Part shown: positions 37,490 through 46,525 of the stretch, piece after piece
Position numbering within the stretch: position 1 is the first letter of the stretch
Layout: every line of letters begins with the position of its first letter
Assembly (NCBI GenBank): GCA_946222495.1
Contig: CAMICF010000001.1
Location: 1 to 48,132, forward strand
Origin: an uncultured Janibacter sp.
GTDB lineage: Bacteria > Actinomycetota > Actinomycetes > Actinomycetales > Dermatophilaceae
DNA length: 48,132 bases
Reading direction: 5' to 3'
Translations under genes and position numbers: made by a program
Notes under the pieces: model-generated
Told to the model about the DNA's origin: nothing
The model's database searches: none
The model's input: only the letters and a program-made list of their open reading frames with translations

Positions 37490-38692
37490 GTGAGCGCACC
37501 TACGCAGTCCTCGCCGGCCCCCCTGTCGCTGCTCGTCCTCGGGCAGGGCACCGACCCGCACTCGGAGCGGGGTGTGGAGTGCCCGGGCGACCTGCCCGCC
37601 CCCTCCGACCCCGACCTCGTGGCCCGGGCCCGGGCCGCCAAGGAGGCGCTCGGCGACCGGGTCTTCGTGCTCGGTCACCACTACCAGCGCGACGAGGTCA
37701 TCGAGTTCGCGGACACGACCGGCGACTCCTTCAAGCTCGCCAAGGAGGCCGCGGCCCGACCCGACGCGCCGTACATCGTCTTCTGCGGCGTGCACTTCAT
37801 GGCCGAGTCCGCGGACATCCTCACCAGCGACGACCAGACCGTCGTCCTCCCCGACCTGGCCGCCGGCTGCTCCATGGCCGACATGGCCGCGCTGCACCAG
37901 GTCGAGGACTGCTGGGACGACCTCGTCGAGGCCGGCGTCGCCGAGTCCACGATCCCCGTGACGTACATGAACTCCTCCGCCGCGATCAAGGCCTTCACCG
38001 GCCGCCACGGCGGGACGATCTGCACCTCGTCCAATGCCAGGACGGCGCTGACGTGGGCCTTCGACGAGGTCGGTGGCGTCGAGGGCGAGGGCAAGGTCCT
38101 CTTCCTCCCCGACCAGCATCTCGGGCGCAACACGTGGGCGCGGGACCTCGGCCGTGACCTCGAGGACTGCGTCGTGTGGGACCCCCACAAGCCCATGGGC
38201 GGGCTCACCGTCGAGGAGATCCGCGACGCGCGGATGATCCTCTGGCGCGGGCACTGCTCGGTGCACGGCCGGTTCACGGTCGACGCGGTGGAGACGGCAC
38301 GAAGGGAGATCCCCGACGTCCGGGTCATCGTCCACCCGGAGTGCCGCCACGAGGTCGTCGAGATCGCCGACGAGGTGGGCTCGACGGAAAAGATCATCAA
38401 GGCCGTCGCCGCCGCTCCCCCCGGCACGAAGTGGGTCGTCGGCACCGAGCTCAACCTCGTGCAGCGGCTGGCGCAGCAGTTCCCCGAGCAGGAGATCAGC
38501 TTCCTCGAGAAGAACGTCTGCTACTGCTCCACGATGAACCGGATCGACCTGCCGCACCTCGTCTGGGCGCTCGAGTCGCTCGTCGACGGGCGCGTCGTCA
38601 ACCCGATCGTCGTCGACGAGACGGTCGCCGAGCAGGCGCGCACGGCCCTCGACCGGATGCTCGCCCTGCCGGGCGAGACCTCGAAGGACTGA
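37490..38692 (+). CDS. nadA: Quinolinate synthase
   Basis: LGHHYQ, FCGVHFMAE, AGCSMAD, YMNSSA, CSVH, HPEC, GSTE, CSTMNRI. Confidence 0.95.
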   Translation: MSAPTQSSPAPLSLLVLGQGTDPHSERGVECPGDLPAPSDPDLVARARAAKEALGDRVFVLGHHYQRDEVIEFADTTGDSFKLAKEAAARPDAPYIVFCGVHFMAESADILTSDDQTVVLPDLAAGCSMADMAALHQVEDCWDDLVEAGVAESTIPVTYMNSSAAIKAFTGRHGGTICTSSNARTALTWAFDEVGGVEGEGKVLFLPDQHLGRNTWARDLGRDLEDCVVWDPHKPMGGLTVEEIRDARMILWRGHCSVHGRFTVDAVETARREIPDVRVIVHPECRHEVVEIADEVGSTEKIIKAVAAAPPGTKWVVGTELNLVQRLAQQFPEQEISFLEKNVCYCSTMNRIDLPHLVWALESLVDGRVVNPIVVDETVAEQARTALDRMLALPGETSKD

Positions 38693-38744
38693 GGCAGGCG
38701 GCGGCTCGCCGAGAGGACGGGCGTGGGCTGGCAGGCTGAGGCCC

Positions 38745-39386
38745 GTGGACGATACCCAGCTCATCGCCCGGACTGCCGCCAACCGGCGGCTCTTCGCCGA
38801 TGTGCTCGACGCGCTCGGCGAGGCGCACGCGCGGGACGCGACGCTCTGCGAGGCCTGGGACGTGCGGACCCTCGCCGGTCACCAGCTGCAGCCGATCCGG
38901 GTGCCGTCGTGGCGATTCCTCCTCACCGCCGCGCGGGTGCGCTCGATGGCCGGGGCCTGCGACGTGCACGCCGCCCGGCTGGGTGACCGACCGCTCGCCG
39001 AGACCGCCGCCGAGCTGCGGCGGGAGGCAGCGGCCGGGTCGAAGCCCTGGTACATCGGGCGCGCCGGCCCCTTCACGGACTCGTGCATCCACCTGCGCGA
39101 CCTCGCCGAGCCGCAGGGGCTGGACGTCACCGTCCCCCTCGAGGACTGGCGCGCGGCCCTGGACATCATCGTCACGCCCCGGGGCAGGGAGTCCTTCGTC
39201 CCGGTGAAGGGGCTGCTCAAGGACCTCCACCTGCAGGCCAGCGACACCGGGTGGAGCCACGGTGAGGGGCCGACCGTCACCGGCACCGCCGAGGCGCTGG
39301 CGATGGTCGTCTCCGGGCGTCCGGCGTACCTCGACCGGATCTCGGGTGCGGGTGCCGCCGTGGTGCGGGAGCGGCTCGGCGCCTGA
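38745..39386 (+). CDS. Maleylpyruvate isomerase family mycothiol-dependent (DinB-superfamily) enzyme
   Basis: TLCEAWDVRTLAGH, D..IHLRDL, V.GTAEALAMVVSGR. Confidence 0.85.
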   Translation: MDDTQLIARTAANRRLFADVLDALGEAHARDATLCEAWDVRTLAGHQLQPIRVPSWRFLLTAARVRSMAGACDVHAARLGDRPLAETAAELRREAAAGSKPWYIGRAGPFTDSCIHLRDLAEPQGLDVTVPLEDWRAALDIIVTPRGRESFVPVKGLLKDLHLQASDTGWSHGEGPTVTGTAEALAMVVSGRPAYLDRISGAGAAVVRERLGA

Positions 39387-39411
39387 GGTCCGTCTCGCGG
39401 CAGGCGGACGT

Positions 39412-40248
39412 TCACTCCTCGGCGAGGAACTCCTGCAGCCCGTCGAGGTCGTCGGTGTTGATGTGGTCGACCCCCGCGTCCCGCAGCTCGCGCCAGAGGT
39501 TCTCCCGCGCCTGGCCGGGGATGTCGTTGGTCGCCCAGAAGCGGACCCGCTGGCCGTCGGCGTGCGCCTGCTCGACGTAGGCGTACAGGCGCTCGCGCTC
39601 GCCCTCGGGCATCGGCCCGACGCCTTGCCAGGTGAAGCGCGACATCCAGTTCTCGCTGACCAGGGGCATGAGCTCGGGCTCGAGACCGGAGCCGAGGTCG
39701 TCGGAGCGGCCGTCGTAGAAGGAGTACCGCGTGGTGGCGGCCTCCATGTCCTCACGGGGGCGGTTGCCGCTGATGACGGCCTGGACGGCACGGTCCTGCA
39801 CCCTGCCCCTGTGCACGCGCGTGAAGATGCGCCGGTGGTCCTCGAGCTCGTCCTCGATGGCCCGCCACGTCTCCGGGCCGTCACTCTTGATGTCGATGAG
39901 CAGCTGGAGCTCGCCGGCGTGGCCCGGGTAGATCTGACGACCGCCGCGGGTCGCGACCTCGGACAGCGGGTCGAGGTAGGCCTCCTCGAGGGTGGGCGCG
40001 TCGGCCAGGTCCCACGAGTCGTGCGCGACGCGGAGCTCGCCGTCGACGAGCCACACGTCGGCCTCGACGGACGTGAAGCCGTGCTCGAGCGCATCCAGCA
40101 GCGGACGCTCGTGCTCGTAGTCGTTGTGCGCGTGGGCCTGGGCCAGCGGCTCGCCCAGCTCGGTGGGCGCGGCGACCGCGCCGCCGGAGGGCAGGACGAG
40201 GACGAGGGCCGCGGCGGTGACGGACAGGGCGCGGAGGGCAGTGCTCAC
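39412..40248 (-). CDS. Secreted PI-PLC/glycerophosphodiester phosphodiesterase family protein
   Basis: Signal peptide, AHAHNDYEH, SVEADVW, VAHD, LLIDIK, VRFWAT, INTDDL. Confidence 0.88.
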   Translation of the reverse strand: MSTALRALSVTAAALVLVLPSGGAVAAPTELGEPLAQAHAHNDYEHERPLLDALEHGFTSVEADVWLVDGELRVAHDSWDLADAPTLEEAYLDPLSEVATRGGRQIYPGHAGELQLLIDIKSDGPETWRAIEDELEDHRRIFTRVHRGRVQDRAVQAVISGNRPREDMEAATTRYSFYDGRSDDLGSGLEPELMPLVSENWMSRFTWQGVGPMPEGERERLYAYVEQAHADGQRVRFWATNDIPGQARENLWRELRDAGVDHINTDDLDGLQEFLAEE

Positions 40249-40353
40249 GAGAGGGATCTCCTAGGTCGGGTGCCGCTACCGTGCCACGCCCAGGTGTCCT
40301 GGCCTGCCCTCAGCGATGAATGAGCTCCCAACAGCCGCGGAGGGGTCGGCCGC

Positions 40354-41394
40354 TCAGGCCGGGCGAACCATCCCGGTCTCGTCGAGCAGGGGGTTGTGAG
40401 CGACGGGGACGCGCTCCCCTTCGCTCGGGGCTCCGGGAGCCGTACCGGCGCCGAAGGGGGATCCGCCGAGGGCCTCGCGGCCGTGCGGCTCGAGCCAGTT
40501 CGAGGGGTCCGGTCCGGCGGGGACGATGCCCGTCGGGTTCACGTCGCGGTGGACCTCGTAGTAGTGGCTCTTGATGTGCGTGAAGTCGATCGTGTCACCG
40601 AAGCCGGGGGTGGTGAAGAGGTCGCGGGCGTAGGCCCAGAGGACGGGCATCTCGCTCAGCTTGGACCGGTTGCACTTGAAGTGCCCGTGGTAGACGGCGT
40701 CGAAGCGGGCCAGCGTCGTGAAGAGGCGCACGTCGGACTCGGTGATGTGGTCGCCCACGAGGTAGCGCCGCGTGGAGAGCCGCTCCTCGAGCCAGTCGAG
40801 CGCGGTGAAGAGCCGGTCGTACGCGGCCTCGTAGGCGGCCTGGTCGCCGGAGAACCCGCAGCGGTAGACCCCGTTGTTGACCTCGGTGTAGACGCGCTTG
40901 TTCACGACGGCCATCTCCTCGCGGAGGTGCTCCGGCCAGAGGTCGGGGGCACCCTCGCGGTGGTGCTCGCGCCACTGCGTCGAGAGGTCCTCGGTGATCT
41001 GCGGGAAGTCGTTGGTCACGACTTCGCCGGAGGGCACGTCGACGACGGCGGGGACGGTGATCCCCTTCGGGTAGCCCGGGAAGCGCTTGAGGTAGGCGTC
41101 CTTGATCCGCGGGATCTGCAGCACCGGGTCGAGGTGCCCCGGGTCGAGGTCGAAGGTCCACGAGTCGGCGTCGTGGGTGGGCCCGGCGACGCCCATGGAG
41201 AGGACGTCCTCCAGACCGAGCAGGCGCCGGACGATGATCGCGCGGTTGGCCCAGGGGCAGGCGCGCGAGACGACGAGGCGATAACGGTTCGGCTCGACGG
41301 GCCAGGCACCGGTGCCGTCGGAGGTGATCCGATCGTCGATGTAGGCGGTGTCGCGGGTGTATTCCTTCTCGACGTAGCTGGCCTCGGTCGTCAT
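40354..41394 (-). CDS. Glutathionyl-hydroquinone reductase / Xi-class GST (YqjG-like)
   Basis: ACPWANR, ITVP, VNNGVYRCGF, RFDAVYHGHFKCN, IKSHYY. Confidence 0.9.
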   Translation of the reverse strand: MTTEASYVEKEYTRDTAYIDDRITSDGTGAWPVEPNRYRLVVSRACPWANRAIIVRRLLGLEDVLSMGVAGPTHDADSWTFDLDPGHLDPVLQIPRIKDAYLKRFPGYPKGITVPAVVDVPSGEVVTNDFPQITEDLSTQWREHHREGAPDLWPEHLREEMAVVNKRVYTEVNNGVYRCGFSGDQAAYEAAYDRLFTALDWLEERLSTRRYLVGDHITESDVRLFTTLARFDAVYHGHFKCNRSKLSEMPVLWAYARDLFTTPGFGDTIDFTHIKSHYYEVHRDVNPTGIVPAGPDPSNWLEPHGREALGGSPFGAGTAPGAPSEGERVPVAHNPLLDETGMVRPA

Positions 41395-41444
41395 GACCTC
41401 AACTTTAGTTGAATCTGGTCATATCTGCCACCGGCCCCGCGAGG

Positions 41445-41942
41445 TCACGTCAGGCGCGCGTCGATCTGCGCAAAGGTGGCCTCGTCGAAGGCCACGATGC
41501 GCACGTCCTCGACCCCGGTCTCCGCCGCGCGGATCGTCTCGACGGCCGCGTCGATGGCGTCCTCCTTGGGCCAGCCGTAGATGCCGGCGCTGATGAGCGG
41601 GAAGGCGACGCTGCTCGCACCCAGCTCGTCGGCGACCTCCAGCGAGCGCCGGTAGCAGGAGGTGAGAAGGGAGCGATCCCGCTCTCCCCCAGCGAAGTTC
41701 GGCCCGACCGTGTGGATGACCCACCGCGCGGGCAGGTCTCCTGCCACGGTCCAGCCGGCCTCGCCGGTGGGCAGGCCGTCGGGGAAGCGCGCGATGCAGT
41801 CCTCGAGCACCGCGGGCCCTCCGGCTCGGTGGATGGCGCCGTCCACGCCTCCGCCCCCGCGCATCGCGGAGCTCGCGGCGTTGACGATCGCGTCGAACTC
41901 CTGGGTCGTGATGTCTCCCTGGACGGCGGTGAGCGTCGGCAT
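41445..41942 (-). CDS. Macrodomain O-acetyl-ADP-ribose deacetylase (YmdB-like)
   Basis: GDIT, IVNAASSAMRGGGGVDGAIHRAGG, VIHTVGP, FPLISAGIYGWP. Confidence 0.92.
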   Translation of the reverse strand: MPTLTAVQGDITTQEFDAIVNAASSAMRGGGGVDGAIHRAGGPAVLEDCIARFPDGLPTGEAGWTVAGDLPARWVIHTVGPNFAGGERDRSLLTSCYRRSLEVADELGASSVAFPLISAGIYGWPKEDAIDAAVETIRAAETGVEDVRIVAFDEATFAQIDARLT

Positions 41943-42003
41943 GGGCCCAGTCTTCTCCCCGCACCCGCACGAGGTCCACGTGAGGCGTGCCGAGGAAGCG
42001 CCC

Positions 42004-43371
42004 TCAGCCCCGGGGCATCGCTCCGAGACGGGCGAGGAGAAGCGCCTCGGCGGTGCAGACCTTCTCGAACTCCACCAGGTGCAGGGACTCGTTCGCCCCG
42101 TGCGCCCGGGTGTCCGGGTCCTCGACACCGGTGACGAGGATTGCGGCGTCGGGGAACTTCTCCGCGAAGGCCTGGACGAAGGGGATGGACCCGCCGATGC
42201 CGACGTCGACCGGGTCGGTGCCCCACGCGTCGGCGAAGGCCGCGCGCGCCTGGTCGTAGACCGGGCCCTGCGCGTCGGCGGCGAAGCCCCACCCCTGCTC
42301 GTCGAGCTCGACCTCCACGGTCGCGCCCCACGGCGCGTGCTCGGAGAGGTGCTTCTGCAGCGCGGTCCATGCCTCCTGCGGGTCCTGCGTCGGGTTGAGG
42401 CGCAGGTTGATCTTGGCGCTCGCGGTGGCGTTGAGGACGTTGCCGGCCTCGCCGACGCTCGGGGCGTCGATGCCGATGACGACGGCGGCCGGCTTGGTCC
42501 ACAGCCGCGACGGGATCGAGCCGGTGCCGATGAGCTCGGTGCCCTCGAGCAGGCCGGACTCCTCGCGCAGGCGCGCCTCGTCGTAGTCGATCTCGGGCGC
42601 GTCGGTGGCGTGCAGCCCCTCGATCGCCACGTCCCCCTGGTCGTCGTGGAGCGTGGCGAGCAGCCGGCACAGCGTCGTGATCGCGTCGGGGCAGGCGCCA
42701 CCGAACATGCCGGAGTGCACCCCGTGGTCGAGCGTGCGCACCGTGACCACCGCGCGAAGGGAGCCCCGCAGCGTCGTCGTCAGCGCGGGCGTGCCGATGG
42801 CCCAGTTGAGCGAGTCGGCGAGGACGATCGCGTCCGAGGTGAGCTTGTCGCCGTGCCGCTCGAGGATCCGCGGGAGCGACTCGCTCGCGATCTCCTCCTC
42901 GCCCTCGACGAAGACGGTGACGCCGACGGGCAGGGCACCGGAGTGGGCGCGCAGCGCCGCGACGTGCGCCATGACGCCGGCCTTGTCGTCGGCCGCGCCG
43001 CGGCCGTAGAGCCGGCCGCCGATCTCCGTCGGCTCGAAGGGATCGGTGTCCCAGTCCTCCCGGTCACCGGGGGGCTGCACGTCGTGGTGGGCGTAGAGGA
43101 GTACGGTCGGCGCGCCCTCCGGTCCGGCGAGGTGACCGATGACGGCGGGGCGACCCCCTTCCTCCACGATCTCCACCTCGAGGCCCTCCGCCCGGAGCAG
43201 CTCGGCGGTGCGCTCGGCGGAGGCCTGCACGTGGGCCTGGTCGAAGGAGTCGAGGCTGACGCTCGGGATCCGGGTGAGGTCCTCGAGGTCGGCACGCACC
43301 TGCGGCATGAGGTCGCGGACGCGGCCGCGCAGGGTCTCGATCTGGTCTGCGGTGAGGGTGGTGTCGGTCAC
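42004..43371 (-). CDS. M20 family dipeptidase
   Basis: LYAHHDVQP, YGRGAADDKAG, EGEEE, HSGMFGG, AHGANES. Confidence 0.92.
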   Translation of the reverse strand: MTDTTLTADQIETLRGRVRDLMPQVRADLEDLTRIPSVSLDSFDQAHVQASAERTAELLRAEGLEVEIVEEGGRPAVIGHLAGPEGAPTVLLYAHHDVQPPGDREDWDTDPFEPTEIGGRLYGRGAADDKAGVMAHVAALRAHSGALPVGVTVFVEGEEEIASESLPRILERHGDKLTSDAIVLADSLNWAIGTPALTTTLRGSLRAVVTVRTLDHGVHSGMFGGACPDAITTLCRLLATLHDDQGDVAIEGLHATDAPEIDYDEARLREESGLLEGTELIGTGSIPSRLWTKPAAVVIGIDAPSVGEAGNVLNATASAKINLRLNPTQDPQEAWTALQKHLSEHAPWGATVEVELDEQGWGFAADAQGPVYDQARAAFADAWGTDPVDVGIGGSIPFVQAFAEKFPDAAILVTGVEDPDTRAHGANESLHLVEFEKVCTAEALLLARLGAMPRG

Positions 43372-43426
43372 GCCGCTGACGGTACCGCCTCCGAGCCGCC
43401 CACCTGCTGCGCCTAGAGTTCCTCTC

Positions 43427-44002
43427 GTGTTCGGACGCAAGAAGGATGACGAGAAGCCCGCCGCGGCGGTTGACGAGCGACCCCAGCGAGAGGGTGCCAA
43501 GAACCGGCCCACCCCCAAGCGACGGGACCAGGAGGCTGCCCGCAAGCAGCCGCTCGTCCAGACCGACCGCAAGGCCGCGAAGAACGCCGACCGTGAGGCC
43601 CGCCGGGAGAACTCCCGCAAGATGCGCGAGGCCATGGTCACCGGCGACGAGAAGCACCTGCCGCCCCGGGACAAGGGGCCGGTGCGGCGCTTCGTCCGCG
43701 ACAGCGTCGACGTCCGGTACAACCTCGGCGAGCTGCTGCTGCCGCTCATGCTCGCGGTGCTCGTCCTCAGCCTCTTCGCGGGGACCTGGGCGACCTACGT
43801 CTTCCTCGGCGTCTACGTCCTCATCCTCATCGCCGTCCTCGACGCCTTCCTCCTGTGGCGCCGGACCAAGCCGAAGATCCTCGCCCGCTTCGGCGAGGAC
43901 ACCAACCTGCGCGGCCTGGGGATGTACCAGGCGATGCGCGGCTTCCAGATGCGCCGCACGCGGATGCCCAAGCCGCAGGTCAAGCGCGGCGCGAAGCTCT
44001 GA
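43427..44002 (+). CDS. DUF3043-like membrane protein
   Basis: KNRPTPKRR, GDEKHLPPRDKGPVRRFVRDSVD, two TM helices, RRTRMPKPQVKRG. Confidence 0.85.
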   Translation: MFGRKKDDEKPAAAVDERPQREGAKNRPTPKRRDQEAARKQPLVQTDRKAAKNADREARRENSRKMREAMVTGDEKHLPPRDKGPVRRFVRDSVDVRYNLGELLLPLMLAVLVLSLFAGTWATYVFLGVYVLILIAVLDAFLLWRRTKPKILARFGEDTNLRGLGMYQAMRGFQMRRTRMPKPQVKRGAKL

Positions 44003-44010
44003 GGCCACTC

Positions 44011-44033
44011 CCCCCTTCCACATGCGAAGGGGG
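44011..44033 (+). terminator. Short hairpin after the DUF3043-like gene
   Basis: cccccttc...gaaggggg. Confidence 0.45.
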
Positions 44034-44103
44034 CCGGTCTGGCCTACGGTGCACCCGGACCTGACCGCCAGACGAGCCCGTCCGGGCTCACAGGAGTGAC
44101 CGC

Positions 44104-45081
44104 GTGCTGACCCTCATCCGTACCGCGTCCATCGGCACCGCGGTGGCCGCCGCGGCGCTCGGCGCCACCGCACCCGCCGGCGCCTCGACCACTGCGTCGA
44201 CCACGACGTCGAGCACCGCCTCGTCGTCCTCCTCCGCCCGTGCCACGGGCGGCTCGGCGGTCTGCCGGGCCGTCGCCGAGGGGCGCGTCGACGGGCTGGA
44301 GCGCCCGCACCGGGCCACGGTCGTCCTGGCCTCCGACTACGGCACCTCCCACGCCACCCTCACCGAGTGCGTCCGCTCCGGCGACGGGTACACCGTCGAC
44401 TACTCGGTGGATGCCCGCATCGGCCGGGAGGGCTTCGCCCGCCCCGGGGCGAAGCGCGAGGGTGACGGCCGCTCCCCCTCGGGGGTCTACTCCTTCGGCC
44501 ACGGCTTCGGCGGCGGCGACCCCGGCTCGACCACCGGGTACCGCGAGATCACCCAGCGCTCCTGCTGGGTCGACGAGCCGGGCAGCACGTACAACACCTG
44601 GCAGGAGACCGACGACTGCCGCGGCGAGCAGTTGGCCGACTACGTCTCGCAGCAGTACGCGCAGGGCATCGTCATCAGCTACAACACCGACGAGCCCGTC
44701 GCCGGCAAGGGCTCGGCGATCTTCCTCCACGCCTCGGGCGACGGCGCGACCGCCGGGTGCGTCTCGGTGGCCGAGGAGACCGTCACCCGCAAGATGCGCC
44801 ACACCAGCTCCGGCGACCGGATCGTCATGGGCGTCGCCGACGACGTCATCGACGAGCAGTCGGACGCGGGGTCGGGACCGGCCCCCGTCACGCAGACGCT
44901 GCGGCCGGGAAGCGCGGACAGCTCCGAGGTCAGGACCCTGCAGCGGGAGCTCGGCGTGGACGCGGACGGGGTCTACGGACCGAGGACGACGGCCGCCGTC
45001 GAGGACGTGCAGCGCGAGGAAGGCCTCACCGTCGACGGCATCGCCGGCCCGGACACCCTCGGGGCGCTCGGGCTGCGGTGA
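44104..45081 (+). CDS. Secreted YkuD-like L,D-transpeptidase/peptidase with C-terminal peptidoglycan-binding domain
   Basis: Signal peptide, KREGDGRSPSG, IFLH...TAGCVSV, DGVYGPRT...LTVDGIAGPDT. CAGGAG RBS. Confidence 0.85.
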   Translation: MLTLIRTASIGTAVAAAALGATAPAGASTTASTTTSSTASSSSSARATGGSAVCRAVAEGRVDGLERPHRATVVLASDYGTSHATLTECVRSGDGYTVDYSVDARIGREGFARPGAKREGDGRSPSGVYSFGHGFGGGDPGSTTGYREITQRSCWVDEPGSTYNTWQETDDCRGEQLADYVSQQYAQGIVISYNTDEPVAGKGSAIFLHASGDGATAGCVSVAEETVTRKMRHTSSGDRIVMGVADDVIDEQSDAGSGPAPVTQTLRPGSADSSEVRTLQRELGVDADGVYGPRTTAAVEDVQREEGLTVDGIAGPDTLGALGLR

Positions 45082-45121
45082 CCGCAGCGGGGGTCGGGCG
45101 ACCCGACGAGACGCCCGGCGC

Positions 45122-45334
45122 TCAGCCGGCGGACAGCGACATCGGGCCGTAGACGACCTCCGACTCGCAGAGCAGGCTCACCTGGGCGACGCCGGCATTG
45201 GCCAGGTCCTCCCAGGACTCGGCGAACCACGCCTCGGCGTCGGCCTGCGTCGGGAAGGGCACGGAGTGCTCGGGCCCCTCGGCCAGCGGCTGGCCGATGC
45301 TGTCCTCGAGTCGCCAGCGGTAGGTCTCGCTCAT
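45122..45334 (-). CDS. Small conserved hypothetical protein
   Basis: FPTQADAEAWFAESWEDL...VYGPMSL. ATGA overlap with gcvT. Confidence 0.75.
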   Translation of the reverse strand: MSETYRWRLEDSIGQPLAEGPEHSVPFPTQADAEAWFAESWEDLANAGVAQVSLLCESEVVYGPMSLSAG

Positions 45335-46443
45335 GCCCGCCTCACCTGCACCTCTACGAAGGGGGGCTTGACGACGGTCGCCGCCACGTCACGACCGCGG
45401 ACGTCGATGACGACCTCGTCGTCGATCCCGACGGAACGCTCGAGGAGCGCCAGCGCGATGCCCTGCTTGAGGATCGGGCTGAAGGTGCCGGAGGTGACGG
45501 TGCCGACCTCGGTGCCCTCGCCGTCCCGCACCGCGCACCCGGTGCGCGGGATGCCCCGCCCGGTGACCCTCAGGCCGCGGAGGAGCGGCGCGGACTTCGC
45601 GATGCGCTGGGCGACGAGCGCGTCCTTGCCCCAGAAGGTCTCCTTGTCCCAGCCGACGGCCCACGCGGAGCGGCCCATGACCGGGGTGATCTCCGGGGAG
45701 AGGTCCTTGCCGTGCAGCGGGTACCCCATCTCCGTGCGCAGGGTGTCGCGGGCACCGAGGCCGCAGGGCAGCCCGTCGAAGGGAGCCATCGCCTCGACGA
45801 TCGCGTCCCAGAGCTCGAGGCCCGCGTCGGCGGGGGCCACGACCTCGTACCCCCGCTCCCCCGTGTACCCGGTGCGGCACACGGTCAGCTCGTGGCCACG
45901 CCACTGGGCGGTGTCGTAGGACATGTAGTCGTGGTCGACCGGCAGGTCGAGGGCGGTGAGCACCTCGTCGCTCCGGGGACCCTGGACCGCGAGGACGACG
46001 AAGTCCTCGTGCTGGTTGACGACCTCGACACCCTCCGGGGCGGCATCGGCGAGCATCTGCACGACGGCGCCCGTGTTGGCGGCGTTGGGCATGAGGAAGA
46101 TGTCCTGCTCGTCGCGGAGGTAGACGATGAGGTCATCCACCACCCCACCGGACTCGTTGCAGCACAACGTGTACTGCGCCTTGCCGGGACTGATCCTGCT
46201 GAGGTCGTTGGTCAACGTCGAGTTGATGAGCTCGGCCGCGCCGGCTCCCGTGACGCGCGCCTTGCCGAGGTGGCTCACGTCGAAGAGGCCGACCCGCTCC
46301 CGCACCGCGGTGTGCTCGGCGACGACTCCGCCGCCGGGGTACTCGATGGGCATCTCCCAGCCACCGAAGTCGGCCATCTTGGCCTTGAGCGCCACGTGCC
46401 GCTCGTGGATCGGGGACGTGCGCAGGACATCACTGTCGGTCAT
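45331..46443 (-). CDS. gcvT: Glycine cleavage system aminomethyltransferase T
   Basis: FGGWEMP, FDVSHLG, RTGYTGERGYE, GLGARDTLRTEMG. Confidence 0.95.
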   Translation of the reverse strand: MTDSDVLRTSPIHERHVALKAKMADFGGWEMPIEYPGGGVVAEHTAVRERVGLFDVSHLGKARVTGAGAAELINSTLTNDLSRISPGKAQYTLCCNESGGVVDDLIVYLRDEQDIFLMPNAANTGAVVQMLADAAPEGVEVVNQHEDFVVLAVQGPRSDEVLTALDLPVDHDYMSYDTAQWRGHELTVCRTGYTGERGYEVVAPADAGLELWDAIVEAMAPFDGLPCGLGARDTLRTEMGYPLHGKDLSPEITPVMGRSAWAVGWDKETFWGKDALVAQRIAKSAPLLRGLRVTGRGIPRTGCAVRDGEGTEVGTVTSGTFSPILKQGIALALLERSVGIDDEVVIDVRGRDVAATVVKPPFVEVQVRRA

Positions 46444-46525
46444 GCGCCAGACGCTACCGGTTCCCCGATGGGGATAGCCTCCGTGGTGGCACACCCACCA
46501 CACCCGACCGAAAGGTGCCCCTCCA

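Noticed and set aside
41445..41942. Macrodomain as a DarG antitoxin or defence gene
   Set aside because: It is a short stand-alone YmdB-like domain with no adjacent DarT or sirtuin gene.
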